Assembly: GCA_963813155.1 (NCBI GenBank)
Contig: CAWEYG010000001.1
Location: 800,001 to 864,000, forward strand
Direction: 5' to 3'
Source: an uncultured Acidobacteriota bacterium
Lineage (GTDB): Bacteria; Acidobacteriota; Thermoanaerobaculia; UBA5066; DATFVB01
DNA length: 64,000 bases
Each line of letters opens with the position of its first letter. The stretch's first letter is position 1. The translations under genes were made by a program, and so were the position numbers. The notes beneath the pieces were generated by a model that saw only the letters and a program-made list of their open reading frames with translations, ran no database searches and was not told where the DNA came from. Shown piece after piece: positions 1 to 9,616 of the stretch.

Positions 1-1181
1 CGGACCGCGGCGGAGTCCGCGGAGAAGAGGTTCTTCGTTTCCCCCGGGTCGGCCGAAAGCTCGTAGAGCTCCGGCACGGGAAGGTCGATGTACTTGTAAC
101 CGCCGCCGATCTCTCCGCGCAGGGGCGCCCAGCCGCGGTTGTAGGTCGTCGAGAGCGACTCGAAGTACGAGACTTCCGGAGCGCGAGCCCGAAGCAGCGA
201 GACTCCCGGAAGGTCCGCGGAGGCGGGAACGTGCGCCGCGTCGAGCACCGTCGGCACGATGTCGACATGCCGCGCGAGAGCTCCGTCGACGCCGGCCGCG
301 ACGTGGCCGGGGCTCCAGAGGACCAGGGGAATGTGCAGCGTCGCCTCGTAGGCGAAAAGCCCGTGCGTCGCTTCGCCGTGATCGCCCAGGGCCTCCCCGT
401 GATCGGCGGTCAGCACGAGGAGCGTCGGCCGGCCGCCGCGTTTCGCCCGCAGGCTCTCGAACAGCGGACCGAGAGCGTCGTCGACGGAAGCCACCTCGCC
501 GTCGTACGGGACGTCGGCGTACTCGCGGTCGAACGGGGGCGGCGGGGAGTAGGGGGCGTGACAGTCGTAGAGATGGACCCAGAGGAAAAACGGCTTTGCC
601 GCGCCGGAAGACTCGGTCGAAGCGAGCCACGCCTGCGCCGCCGCCACGACCTCGGAAGCCCGGCGCTCCGGCATCACGAAATCGTACGCGTGGGCCCCGC
701 GGGGATAATTCTGATCGTAGACCTCGAAATCCTTCGCGAGGCCGAAACGGGCGTCGAGGGGAAACGCGCCGACGAACGCGGCCGTCCGATATCCCGCCGC
801 GCGGAGGCGGGTCGCGAGCGTCGGAACGCCGTCGGCGAGCCGGAACCCGTCGTTGTCGCGCACGCCGTGCTGGTAAGGGTACAGGCCGGTCAGGATGTTC
901 ACGTGCGAGGGCAGGGTGACGACGTTCTGCGCGTGGGCCTGAGAAAACCATCGACCTTCGCCCGCGATCCGGTCCAGGTTCGGCGTCCGGACCCGCCGGT
1001 TTCCCGCGAACCCGAGCGCGTCGTATCGCAGCGTGTCGACGGTCACGAGCACGACGTCGGGCGGGGTCTGCCCGAATCCCCCGGACGCGCCCCCCCGCCG
1101 GCACGCCGGCAGCGACAGGAGAACGAGCGCCGCGAGCGCCGGGGGGCCGGCAACCCGGAACACGGACCTGGCGACGGTCAC
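1..1181 (-). CDS. Sulfatase-family (alkaline phosphatase superfamily) protein, 5' part; runs off the left edge
   Basis: Manual translation from GTG at 1181 (GTGA overlap with upstream stop): signal/lipoprotein-like N-terminus, then PDVVLVTVDTLRYD...TPNLDRIA...VTLPSHVNILTGLYPYQHGVRDN. Missing from the ORF track because there is no stop in the window. Confidence 0.85.
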   Translation of the reverse strand, partial: MTVARSVFRVAGPPALAALVLLSLPACRRGGASGGFGQTPPDVVLVTVDTLRYDALGFAGNRRVRTPNLDRIAGEGRWFSQAHAQNVVTLPSHVNILTGLYPYQHGVRDNDGFRLADGVPTLATRLRAAGYRTAAFVGAFPLDARFGLAKDFEVYDQNYPRGAHAYDFVMPERRASEVVAAAQAWLASTESSGAAKPFFLWVHLYDCHAPYSPPPPFDREYADVPYDGEVASVDDALGPLFESLRAKRGGRPTLLVLTADHGEALGDHGEATHGLFAYEATLHIPLVLWSPGHVAAGVDGALARHVDIVPTVLDAAHVPASADLPGVSLLRARAPEVSYFESLSTTYNRGWAPLRGEIGGGYKYIDLPVPELYELSADPGETKNLFSADSAAV

Positions 1182-2206
1182 TTCAGGGTCTTCAGGATCT
1201 CCCGGACGACCTCGGCGTTGTCTCCCTTCGGCGCGAGCTCCAGGTACTTCCGAAAATCGGCCTTCGCGTCCGCCATGTGCTTCTGCTGGTAACGGGAGAG
1301 GCCGCGGTAGTAATAGGCGTCGATCGTCTCCGCGTTCTTCGCGATCGCCTTCGTGAAGTACGACTCGGCGTCGACCGGCTTGTTCTTGTTGTAGTAGAGG
1401 ATGCCCATGTTCATGTACGGCGTGGGATCCGTGATTCTCTCGTCGGGGACATGAGACAGGGCTTCTTTCCCTTCTTCGAATTTCCCGTTCTGAAGATCGA
1501 TCTGCGCGATCATCAGCCACATCGTCGGGTTCTCGGGGTCCTTCGCGACGATCTGGTGCGCGTACTTCTGCGCGTCGGCGGGCTTTTCAAGCCAGAGGTT
1601 TCCGACCGCAAGCCGCAGGAGGATGGAATCGTTGTCGGGAAGCTCGGCCCGGGTCTTTTCGTAAGCCGCCATCGCGGAAACGAGGGTCTCCTGGCGCTTC
1701 TTCTTCGCGGCGTCGACGCACGCCTTGTCTCCGGCGCACGCCTCCTGGTCGTTCTGGGCCTTTTCGGCGGCGGCCCAGTCGCCGTTTCCCTGCTCGATCG
1801 CGTCCGCGGTTTCCTTGCTGATCTTCTTGCCGCCGACGCTGATCTCCGGCTTCGCCGCTTCCTGCTTGACCTCGGGCTGCAGCACCATGTTCATCGGAGG
1901 CACGCGCTGGAGCTCGGTGACGTTCACGAAGGTCTTGAACGGCTGGTAGCCGGGCGCCGAAACGTCGACGTCCCACTTGCCGCCGTTCAGGCCCATCAGG
2001 GCGAAGTAGCCCTTCTTGTCGGTCTTCAGGTCGGGTCCGCGGCCCAGCTCGTCGAACTTCAGGCTCACCGTGGCGTCGGCGATCGGCGCCCCTTGCGGGT
2101 CCTTGACCGTTCCCTCGATCCGTCCCTTGCCCTGCCGCCACTCCTGCGCGCCCGCGACGGCCGCCAGGAGGAGGAGAACCGCTGTCCAGGTCGTCTTTCG
2201 GCGCAT
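1178..2206 (-). CDS. Secreted protein with carboxypeptidase-regulatory-like domain and TPR repeats
   Basis: Signal peptide, GRIEGTVKDPQGAPIADATV motif, C-terminal TPRs (AYYYRGLSRYQQ...FRKYLELAP). Confidence 0.85.
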   Translation of the reverse strand: MRRKTTWTAVLLLLAAVAGAQEWRQGKGRIEGTVKDPQGAPIADATVSLKFDELGRGPDLKTDKKGYFALMGLNGGKWDVDVSAPGYQPFKTFVNVTELQRVPPMNMVLQPEVKQEAAKPEISVGGKKISKETADAIEQGNGDWAAAEKAQNDQEACAGDKACVDAAKKKRQETLVSAMAAYEKTRAELPDNDSILLRLAVGNLWLEKPADAQKYAHQIVAKDPENPTMWLMIAQIDLQNGKFEEGKEALSHVPDERITDPTPYMNMGILYYNKNKPVDAESYFTKAIAKNAETIDAYYYRGLSRYQQKHMADAKADFRKYLELAPKGDNAEVVREILKTLK

Positions 2207-2225
2207 CTGTCCCTCTCGCTCAGTT

Positions 2226-2262
2226 AAAAAAAAACCCCGCCGGGAGAAATTCCCGGCGGGGT
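2226..2262 (-). terminator. Rho-independent terminator after the TonB-dependent receptor gene
   Basis: CCCCGCCGGGA-loop-TCCCGGCGGGG stem followed by a T9 tract on the minus strand. Confidence 0.8.
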
Positions 2263-2282
2263 AAAACGATACCGGAGAAGGG

Positions 2283-5281
2283 TTAGAAGCTCAAGCGAGC
2301 TCCAAACCGGAGGACCCGCGGGCTCACCCGCTCCTCGACGCGATTGCCCTTGCCCGGGCAGCTCACAGCCGCATTGGCCGCGCCGCAGGGCTTCGTCTGC
2401 TGCAACTGCGCCGCCTGCTGGATGACGGTGTCGCTGTTCAAGGCGTTGAACATGTCGATCGACAGGGTCAGATCCGCCTTCTGGAACAGGGGAAGGACCT
2501 TTTCCGCCCGCAGATCGAGCTGGTAGACGTTCTTCAGGCGGTGGTCGTCGCTGTTGCCGACGATGACGTTGCGCGAGCCCAGGGAGGCGCCCACGTCGCC
2601 GCCGGAGACCGACGCGTAGTAGGGGATCAGGTAGCCCTGGCGGCCGAACAGGTTGGCCGCGACGTTGAAGTTCAGCGGCAACTGGTACAGGCCGCTGATG
2701 TTGAACTGGTACTTCGAGCTCAGGAACACGTCGCCCTTCGAGCCCGAACCCGTGCGATTCCTGGAACGCCTGAACGCCGTCGCCGCAGCTCGGGCCGCCG
2801 GTCGTCAGAACGTTCGTGGGACCCTTCCAGGTGTTGACCGTGCCGAGGCAGCCGTTCGCGCCGTTGACTTTCTGCTTCCAGTCGGTGTAGGCGACGGAAC
2901 CGTGCATCATCCACCGGTTGGAGAGCCGCTTCGTCAACTGCAGCTCGACTCCGTTGTAGTCCATCGTGTACCCCGGGTCGTTCCCCAGGATCAGGCCGCC
3001 GTTGAATCCGGCCGGGGCGATGAAGTCGTAGTAGTTGCCGGTCTTGCCGATGATGTTGCCCTGCTGGTCATAGGCGTTCAAGCCGCTGCGGCTCGGGTCG
3101 AGAACGAAATCCGAGGCGTCCACGCCGATGTATTTCGTGCTGATGAAATCCGAGCGGTGGCGGTGGGTGTACGTCACGCCGGCGACCAACTCCGGAAGGA
3201 TCTGGTGGTCGATGCCGAACATGAACTCGTCGGTCTTCGTGTTCTTGATGCCCGAGGCGATCTTCTTCGGCGAGGTGAGCGAGGTCGGGTTGGCCGGATC
3301 GATGCCGGTGTAGAAGTAGTTCGCTCCGAGCTCGCCCGGATCCGCGAGACCGTTGTGGTTCGCGTCCGTGAAGGGATACGTCAGATAGGTGTAGCCGACC
3401 GGGTTGTCGTACGCGACGCTGCCCGATCCGAGCTGGTCCGCGAACCTCGCGTAAGAAGCGCGAAGCAGCGTGGACTTCTGGGCGCCCAGGGCGTAGGTGA
3501 TGCCCACGCGGGGCTCCCAGTCCTTGTAGTGCAGCTCCGTCGGGCCGCCCGGGAAGGCCAGCGCGGGGATGCAGGGGTTCGACAGCGAGAACGCCTGGCT
3601 CGGGTCGCAGGCCGAGTTGTTGCCCGGCGCGCCCGAAGCGGCGTTGAAGCCCTTCTGGTCGTCGTAGCGAACGCCGACGTTGACCGTCAGGTTGTTGGCC
3701 GTCAGCGTGTCGCCGATGAACGCATCGTAGTAGGTCATCGTCTCGTTGACCGCCAGGTTGCGCTCGAGCTTCACGTACGACTGGCCGCTGCCGTTGTAGT
3801 TGAGGTAGTGATGTCCTGGTTGCCCGGCCAGGTCGTCTGCGAGCCGCCGATGATGTGGCGGTAGCCGAACCCGAACTTGAGCTCGTGTCCGATCGACCCG
3901 GTGTTGAAGAAGTACGACGCGCTGCCCGTCGCCTGGTGCTGCGGGCGATACGTTCCGTACCGGTAGAAGGTTCCCTGCCACACTTCGTTGGCGTCCTGGG
4001 TCATGTTCGGCCCGAGGCCCGCCTGCGGGGCGAGAGCGAACCCGCCGCGCACGTAGCTGTAGGAGGCGTTCAAGACGAAGTTCGGTCCGAAGACCTGCGA
4101 GTCGTCGCCCTTCCAGATCACGGTCGGTCCGCTCTGGTTCCACGCCGTGCCCTGGCCGCGGTTGGAGACCGCCGTGCGGCCGAGCTTGATCTTGTCGCCG
4201 CGGAAGTAGAACGCGGTCGCCGAGTTGGACTCGACCGGCTGGATGTTCAGCTTGCCGGCCCAGTTCTCGAGGGTCGTCAGATCCGGGGCCGCCGAAGAGA
4301 GCTTGATCAGGTCGATCTGATCGCGCCCGTAGCTTCCCCACAACCACGCCTTGTCGGCCCAGATCGGTCCGCCCGCTTCCACACCGTAGTCCTGGATGTG
4401 GTCGATCGAGTTACCGCTGCCGACCTTGAGAGTCGTCGGCCCGCCGAGCGACGCGCTGTACGGTCCGACCGCGTCCGCGGTTCGCCCGCGCTTCGGTCTC
4501 GTTCGGCGTGTCGAAGATTCGCGCCGATCCGTGCACTTCGTTGGTGCCGCGCTTGGTCACCATGTTGAGCGTGACGCCCGGGACCGCGATCGAAGGATCC
4601 GATCCGCCCGTCGTCGCCTGCATTTCCTGGAACGCGTCGAAGTCGTAGTACGTCGAGGACGATCCCGAGAGCCGACATGTCCGTCACGGCCACGCCGTCG
4701 ACGAGCCACGCGTTCTGCGACGAGTCCACGCCCTTGCCGATGTAGACCGACTGCTGGCCGCTCTCGCTGCCCGCCACGTTGGCCCGGTCGACCTGGACGG
4801 AAGGCACCTGCTGCAACACGACCCAGGGGTCGCGCGCCGTCGGGATGCTCTTCAGCTGTTCCTGCGTGAAGTCCGATCCCGAGCTCACCCGGCGCGTGTC
4901 GAGCAGCGGCGTCTCGGAAGACACCGTGATCGTCGTCGCCACCGAGGCGATCTTCATCGGAATCGCGACTTCCGTGTTGGAACCCAGGCTCACCGTCACG
5001 TTCGTGCGCTCCACGGTCGAAAAACCGTTGAGCTCCGTCTTGACGGTGTAGGTTCCCGGCGAAAGGTTGAGGAACCGGAATTCCCCCTGACCTCCCGTCG
5101 TGCTCGTCCGCGCGGCTCCGCCGCCGGACAGCGTCACCGAGACCCCGGGCAGCGCGCCGCCCGACTCGTCGGTGACCTTCCCGTAAATGTTGCCGTACGT
5201 CGCCGAAGCTCCCTGCCCGAACAGGGGCGCGGCGCAGACGGCTGCCATCAGACAGATGGCAAATAGTCTGAACACCTTCAT
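2283..5281 (-). CDS. Oar-like TonB-dependent outer-membrane receptor, split by about 4 frameshifts (probably sequencing errors)
   Basis: MKVFRLFAICL signal, carboxypeptidase-regulatory N-domain (GNIYGKVTDESGGALPGVSV), plug (IPTARDPW...GVTLNMVTKRGTN), barrel (GGPIWADKAW...WEPRVGITY) and C-terminal PRVLRFGARLSF, spread over ORFs 4307-5326, 4411-4623, 3771-4382, 2224-4347 and 2283-2729. Confidence 0.85.
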
Positions 5282-5514
5282 CCTAAGAACTCCTTCCCGG
5301 CCCCGTCGAAGGGCCATCAAACGCAAACTCCTAGAGATCCAAATTGAGCGAGTGAAGCTATTATTGTGCCATGATGTCGAAATTGCAAACTACCAATAAA
5401 TCATTTATTAAAAGCTCTTTACGTATCTGGTGAGCCAGCCCCGAAGCGCCATTTCTCTCGATTTTTGAACGGCGATTCAGAAGTTTGGATTCTTTGCGGA
5501 TATCCTCATCTTCG

Positions 5515-6858
5515 ATGGAAGCGATCGTCGTCGGCGGGGGTTTTGCGGGTGTGGAGTGCTGCTGGCAGCTCGCCCGGCGAGGTCATCGCGTGAGGCTCTT
5601 CGAGATGCGTCCGGAGGTCCCCACGGCTGCGCACCAATCCGCGAATCTGGCGGAAATGGTCTGCTCCAACTCGTTTCGTTCCGACAACCCGCACAACGCG
5701 GTGGGGCTCCTCAAGCGCGAAATGGAGGCTCTCGGCTCGCTCGTGATGGCGCGTGCGAGGGAGTCGGCCGTGCCGGCCGGCGACGCTCTCGCCGTCGATC
5801 GCGACGCCTTTGCGCGCTCCGTCACGGCGGCGATCGAAAACGAGCCGAATATCGAGATCGTCCGCGAGGAATGCCCCGACCTCCCTGCCCGCGGGATCGT
5901 CGTCCTCGCGACGGGACCGCTCACGTCGGCGAGGCTGTCCGAGTCGATCCGGGCGCTCCTCGGGGAAGGAGAGCTCTACTTCTACGACTCGATGGCGCCG
6001 ATCGTGACGGCCGATTCGCTCGACTTCGCGAAGATCTACCGCGCCTCGCGGTACGGCAAGGGCGAAGGCGAGGACTACCTGAACTGCCCCCTCGACCGCG
6101 CGCAATACGAAGAATTCATTTCCGACCTGCTCGCGGGCGAAACCGTCCCGATTCACGAGTTCGAAAAGGGGATCTATTTCGAGGGCTGTCTTCCGATCGA
6201 GGTCATGGCGGAGCGAGGCGCCGAGACGCTGCGGCACGGCCCGCTCAAGCCCATGGGCCTCGAAGACCCGCGCACGGGCCGCCGCCCGCACGCGGTCGTT
6301 CAATTGCGGCAGGACGACCTCGCCTCGGAGCACTACAACCTCGTCGGGTTCCAGACGAAGCTTCGGGTCGGAGAGCAGAAGAGGATCTTTCGGAAAATCC
6401 CCGGCCTCGAAAACGCGAACTTCGTGCGATTCGGAATGCTCCACCGGAACACCTACATCCACTCCCCCGCCCACCTCGACCGGTTCTTCCGGATGCAGGC
6501 GAACTCCCGGGTCTTTTTCGCGGGCCAGATCACGGGCGTCGAGGGGTACCTGGAATCCGCGGCGACCGGCCTCTACGTCGGCCGGACGGTCGCGCAGCTT
6601 CTGGAGGGATCCGATCCGGTCCCGGCGCCGTTCGACACGGCTCTCGGGTCTCTTTCCCGGCACTGCTCGCAGCGCCCGCGGACGAAGACCTTCGAGCCGA
6701 TGAACGTCACGTTCGGAATGATCGAAGATTCCGCGCAGCCGGACGTTCGCGATCGGGCGCAGCGCCGCAAGATCGTGTGCGACCGCGCGCTCGAATCGAT
6801 CGGGCGCTACGAAGAGCTCACGCGCGGCCCGCGCCCCGCGGCCGCGCTCGCGGGATGA
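5515..6858 (+). CDS. trmFO: Methylenetetrahydrofolate-tRNA (uracil-5)-methyltransferase TrmFO
   Basis: GGGFAG FAD motif, LAEMVCSNSF, YFEGCLPIE, LVGFQTKL, FAGQITGVEGYLESAATG. Confidence 0.95.
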   Translation: MEAIVVGGGFAGVECCWQLARRGHRVRLFEMRPEVPTAAHQSANLAEMVCSNSFRSDNPHNAVGLLKREMEALGSLVMARARESAVPAGDALAVDRDAFARSVTAAIENEPNIEIVREECPDLPARGIVVLATGPLTSARLSESIRALLGEGELYFYDSMAPIVTADSLDFAKIYRASRYGKGEGEDYLNCPLDRAQYEEFISDLLAGETVPIHEFEKGIYFEGCLPIEVMAERGAETLRHGPLKPMGLEDPRTGRRPHAVVQLRQDDLASEHYNLVGFQTKLRVGEQKRIFRKIPGLENANFVRFGMLHRNTYIHSPAHLDRFFRMQANSRVFFAGQITGVEGYLESAATGLYVGRTVAQLLEGSDPVPAPFDTALGSLSRHCSQRPRTKTFEPMNVTFGMIEDSAQPDVRDRAQRRKIVCDRALESIGRYEELTRGPRPAAALAG

Positions 6859-7958
6859 CGACCCGGGGCGCGGCCCTCGCGGCCGCGGCGCTCGCGGGCG
6901 CTGCTCTCTTCGTCGCGGCCGGACTTTCCGCGGCTCCCCGGCCCGACAAGGCGTCGAACGCCCGTCCTCTTCCGGTCCTCCTGCGCGAGGCTCGCGACTT
7001 CGCGCAGGCGGGCGACCCGCGCGCCCGCGACCGATACCTGGACGCGATCCGCCAGAATCCGTCGGACGCTTCGGTTCGAGCCGAGCTCGCCGACTACCTC
7101 TGGGGAACCGGCAACCCGACCGAGGCAGAGGCGCAGATGGACTGGCTCGTCGCCCGCGGTCATCCGCGCCCCGGCTTTCTCCGCTTCTACGGGCTCCGGC
7201 TGTTCGAAGCCGGAAACTTCGTGAAAGCCTCGCAGATCCTCGAGAGCGCATCGCGGGAAGGGAGCCCCGACTACGACCTGCTCTTCTGCCTCGGCACGGC
7301 CCGGCTGGAAAAGGGGGACTTTCCGGGCTCCGAGCAGGCCCTGCGCGGCGCCATCCGGAAATCTCCCGGCCAGGCCTCCGCGCACCACATCCTCGGCAAC
7401 CTTCTCAAGCTGACGGCGCGGCCGCGGGAAGCGGTCGTCGAGCTGCGGCTGGCGGCCGGCGCGGAGGAGTCCTCGGCCGATACGTGGCTCGATCTGGCGC
7501 AGGCGCTCGCGGCAGACGGAGAGCGGCCCGAGGCCGAGGAAGCGTGCCGCCGGTCGATCCGCCTTCAGCCGGACCGGGCCGCCGCTCACCTCACGCTCGG
7601 CCGGATTCTCCGGGCGGAGGGGAAAGCGGAGGAAGCCGCGTCGGAGCTCGCCGCGAGCCGGTCGCTTTACGACCGCGAAGAGGAGCAGGCCGAGAAGAAC
7701 CGCGGCGCGGCCGCGCGCACGTCCCAGGGATGGGTGCTGCTCCGGATGAACCGACCGGCCGACGCGCTCGCGCAGTTCGAGAGCATTCCGGAGTCTTCCG
7801 CGTCCGGCTGGAGAGGGCGCGCCGAAGCGCTCGAGCGGCTCGGACGGCGGGAGGACGCGATCGGCGCGCTCGAACGGGCGAAGACGATGTCTCCCGACGA
7901 CCACTCGCTCGACTACGCGCTCGCCCGGCTGCGGGCCGCGGTCCCGCGGCAGCCATGA
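6855..7958 (+). CDS. Secreted TPR-repeat protein
   Basis: ATGA overlap with trmFO; signal peptide; several TPR helical pairs (C-terminal part of ORF 5556-7958). Confidence 0.8.
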   Translation: MTTRGAALAAAALAGAALFVAAGLSAAPRPDKASNARPLPVLLREARDFAQAGDPRARDRYLDAIRQNPSDASVRAELADYLWGTGNPTEAEAQMDWLVARGHPRPGFLRFYGLRLFEAGNFVKASQILESASREGSPDYDLLFCLGTARLEKGDFPGSEQALRGAIRKSPGQASAHHILGNLLKLTARPREAVVELRLAAGAEESSADTWLDLAQALAADGERPEAEEACRRSIRLQPDRAAAHLTLGRILRAEGKAEEAASELAASRSLYDREEEQAEKNRGAAARTSQGWVLLRMNRPADALAQFESIPESSASGWRGRAEALERLGRREDAIGALERAKTMSPDDHSLDYALARLRAAVPRQP

Positions 7959-9604
7959 AGCACGTCGCGATCTTTCTCGGTCTCCTGATGGGCGCGACAA
8001 TCTCGCCATCCGTGCGATCGGCGCCCCGCGCGGCTCCGGCAGCGGCCGCGGCGTGTCCCGTCTCCTTCGAAGACGTCGCCGCCCGCGCCGGGATTTCCTT
8101 TCGGCACGAGCGGGGCGCGACGCCGGCTCACCGGCTCGCCGAAACGATCGGGTCGGGCGTGGCCTGGCTCGACTTCGACAACGACGGATGGCTCGACCTC
8201 TTCGTCGTGCAGTCGGGCGCGCTTCCGGACGGAGACACGGGAAAGCTCTTCCGCAACAACGGGAACGGGACGTTTACGGACGTCACCGCGAAATCGGGCA
8301 TCGGCACGAAGCTCTACGGAATGGGAGCGGCCGCCGCCGACTACGACAACGACGGGTTCATCGACCTCTACGTCACCGGGTACGGACGCAACGTCCTGTA
8401 CCACAACAACGGGAACGGGACGTTCACCGACGTCACCGACCGCGCCGGCGCGCGCGGCTCGGCCTGGAGCACGAGCGCGGCCTGGGCGGATTTCGACGGC
8501 GACGGATTTCTCGACCTTGCCGTCGTCCGTTACGTCGACACGACGCCCGAGCCGTCTTTTTTCTGCGGAGACCGCTCCGTCAATCGCCGCGACTATTGCG
8601 ACCCGGAGCTCTACCCGCCGGCCCCGATGCTCCTCCTGCACAACAACGGCGACGGGACGTTTCGGGACATTTCCGAGTCGTCGGGAGTCGCCGCCGCGAA
8701 GGGAAAGTCCCTCGGCGTCGTCGCTTCGGATCTCGACGGCGACGGCCGGCCCGACCTCTACGTCGCGAACGACACGACGATCAACTTCCTGTTCCACAAC
8801 CTCGGATCGAACCGGTTCGAGGACGCTTCCCTCTCGTCGGGCGCGGGGGTGAACCTGAACGGCAAGCCGCAGGGGGGAATGGGAGTCGACGCCGGCGATC
8901 TCGACGGCGACGGCAAGACGGACCTCGTCGTCACGAACTTCGAATCCGAGATCAACTCGAACTTCCGCAATCTCGGCGATCTCGTCTTCGAAGACGTCTC
9001 GGCGACGAGCGGATTCGGGGGGCCCTCGTTCCCGTTTTCCGGGTTCGGGTTGAATCTCGCGGACTTCGGCAACCGCGGCCGCCTCGATGCGTTCATCGCG
9101 AACGGCCACGTGCTCGACAAGCCGAAGCTCCAGGTGGCCACCCGCGCGCAGCGCCCGTTCCTGATGTGGAACGACGGGACCGGGCATTTCCACGAACAGG
9201 GATGCGGCGCTCCGTTCTCCCGCCCGCTCGTGGGCCGCGGTTCGGCCGCCGGTGATTTCGACAACGACGGTTTTCCCGATCTCGCCGTCTCGAACTCCGG
9301 CGGCCCGCTCGAACTGCTGCGCAACGGCGGGAACTCGAACGCGTGGGCGGGCGTCCGCTTGCGCGGGACGCGGTCCAACCGCGAAGGCATCGGGGCTGTC
9401 CTGACTCTGGAGACCGACCGCGGCCGCCAGGTTCGCGAGGTCAAGTCGGGCGGGAGCTACCTCTCCTCGGGAGACCCCCGCGTGGTTTTCGGCCTGGGAG
9501 CCGGCGCGAAGATCCGGAAGCTCGAGATCCGCTGGCCCTCCGGCACGGTGCAGACGGTCGACGGGCTTCCGCTCCGGAAGTACACGCTCGTCACCGAGCC
9601 CTAG
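7955..9604 (+). CDS. CRTAC1-like FG-GAP/VCBS repeat protein with ASPIC-UnbV domain
   Basis: Repeated DxDxDGxxDL motifs, SNREGIGA, GSYLSSGDPRVVFGLG, IRWPSG. Confidence 0.9.
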   Translation: MKHVAIFLGLLMGATISPSVRSAPRAAPAAAAACPVSFEDVAARAGISFRHERGATPAHRLAETIGSGVAWLDFDNDGWLDLFVVQSGALPDGDTGKLFRNNGNGTFTDVTAKSGIGTKLYGMGAAAADYDNDGFIDLYVTGYGRNVLYHNNGNGTFTDVTDRAGARGSAWSTSAAWADFDGDGFLDLAVVRYVDTTPEPSFFCGDRSVNRRDYCDPELYPPAPMLLLHNNGDGTFRDISESSGVAAAKGKSLGVVASDLDGDGRPDLYVANDTTINFLFHNLGSNRFEDASLSSGAGVNLNGKPQGGMGVDAGDLDGDGKTDLVVTNFESEINSNFRNLGDLVFEDVSATSGFGGPSFPFSGFGLNLADFGNRGRLDAFIANGHVLDKPKLQVATRAQRPFLMWNDGTGHFHEQGCGAPFSRPLVGRGSAAGDFDNDGFPDLAVSNSGGPLELLRNGGNSNAWAGVRLRGTRSNREGIGAVLTLETDRGRQVREVKSGGSYLSSGDPRVVFGLGAGAKIRKLEIRWPSGTVQTVDGLPLRKYTLVTEP

Positions 9605-9616
9605 CACCCGCGGCGA

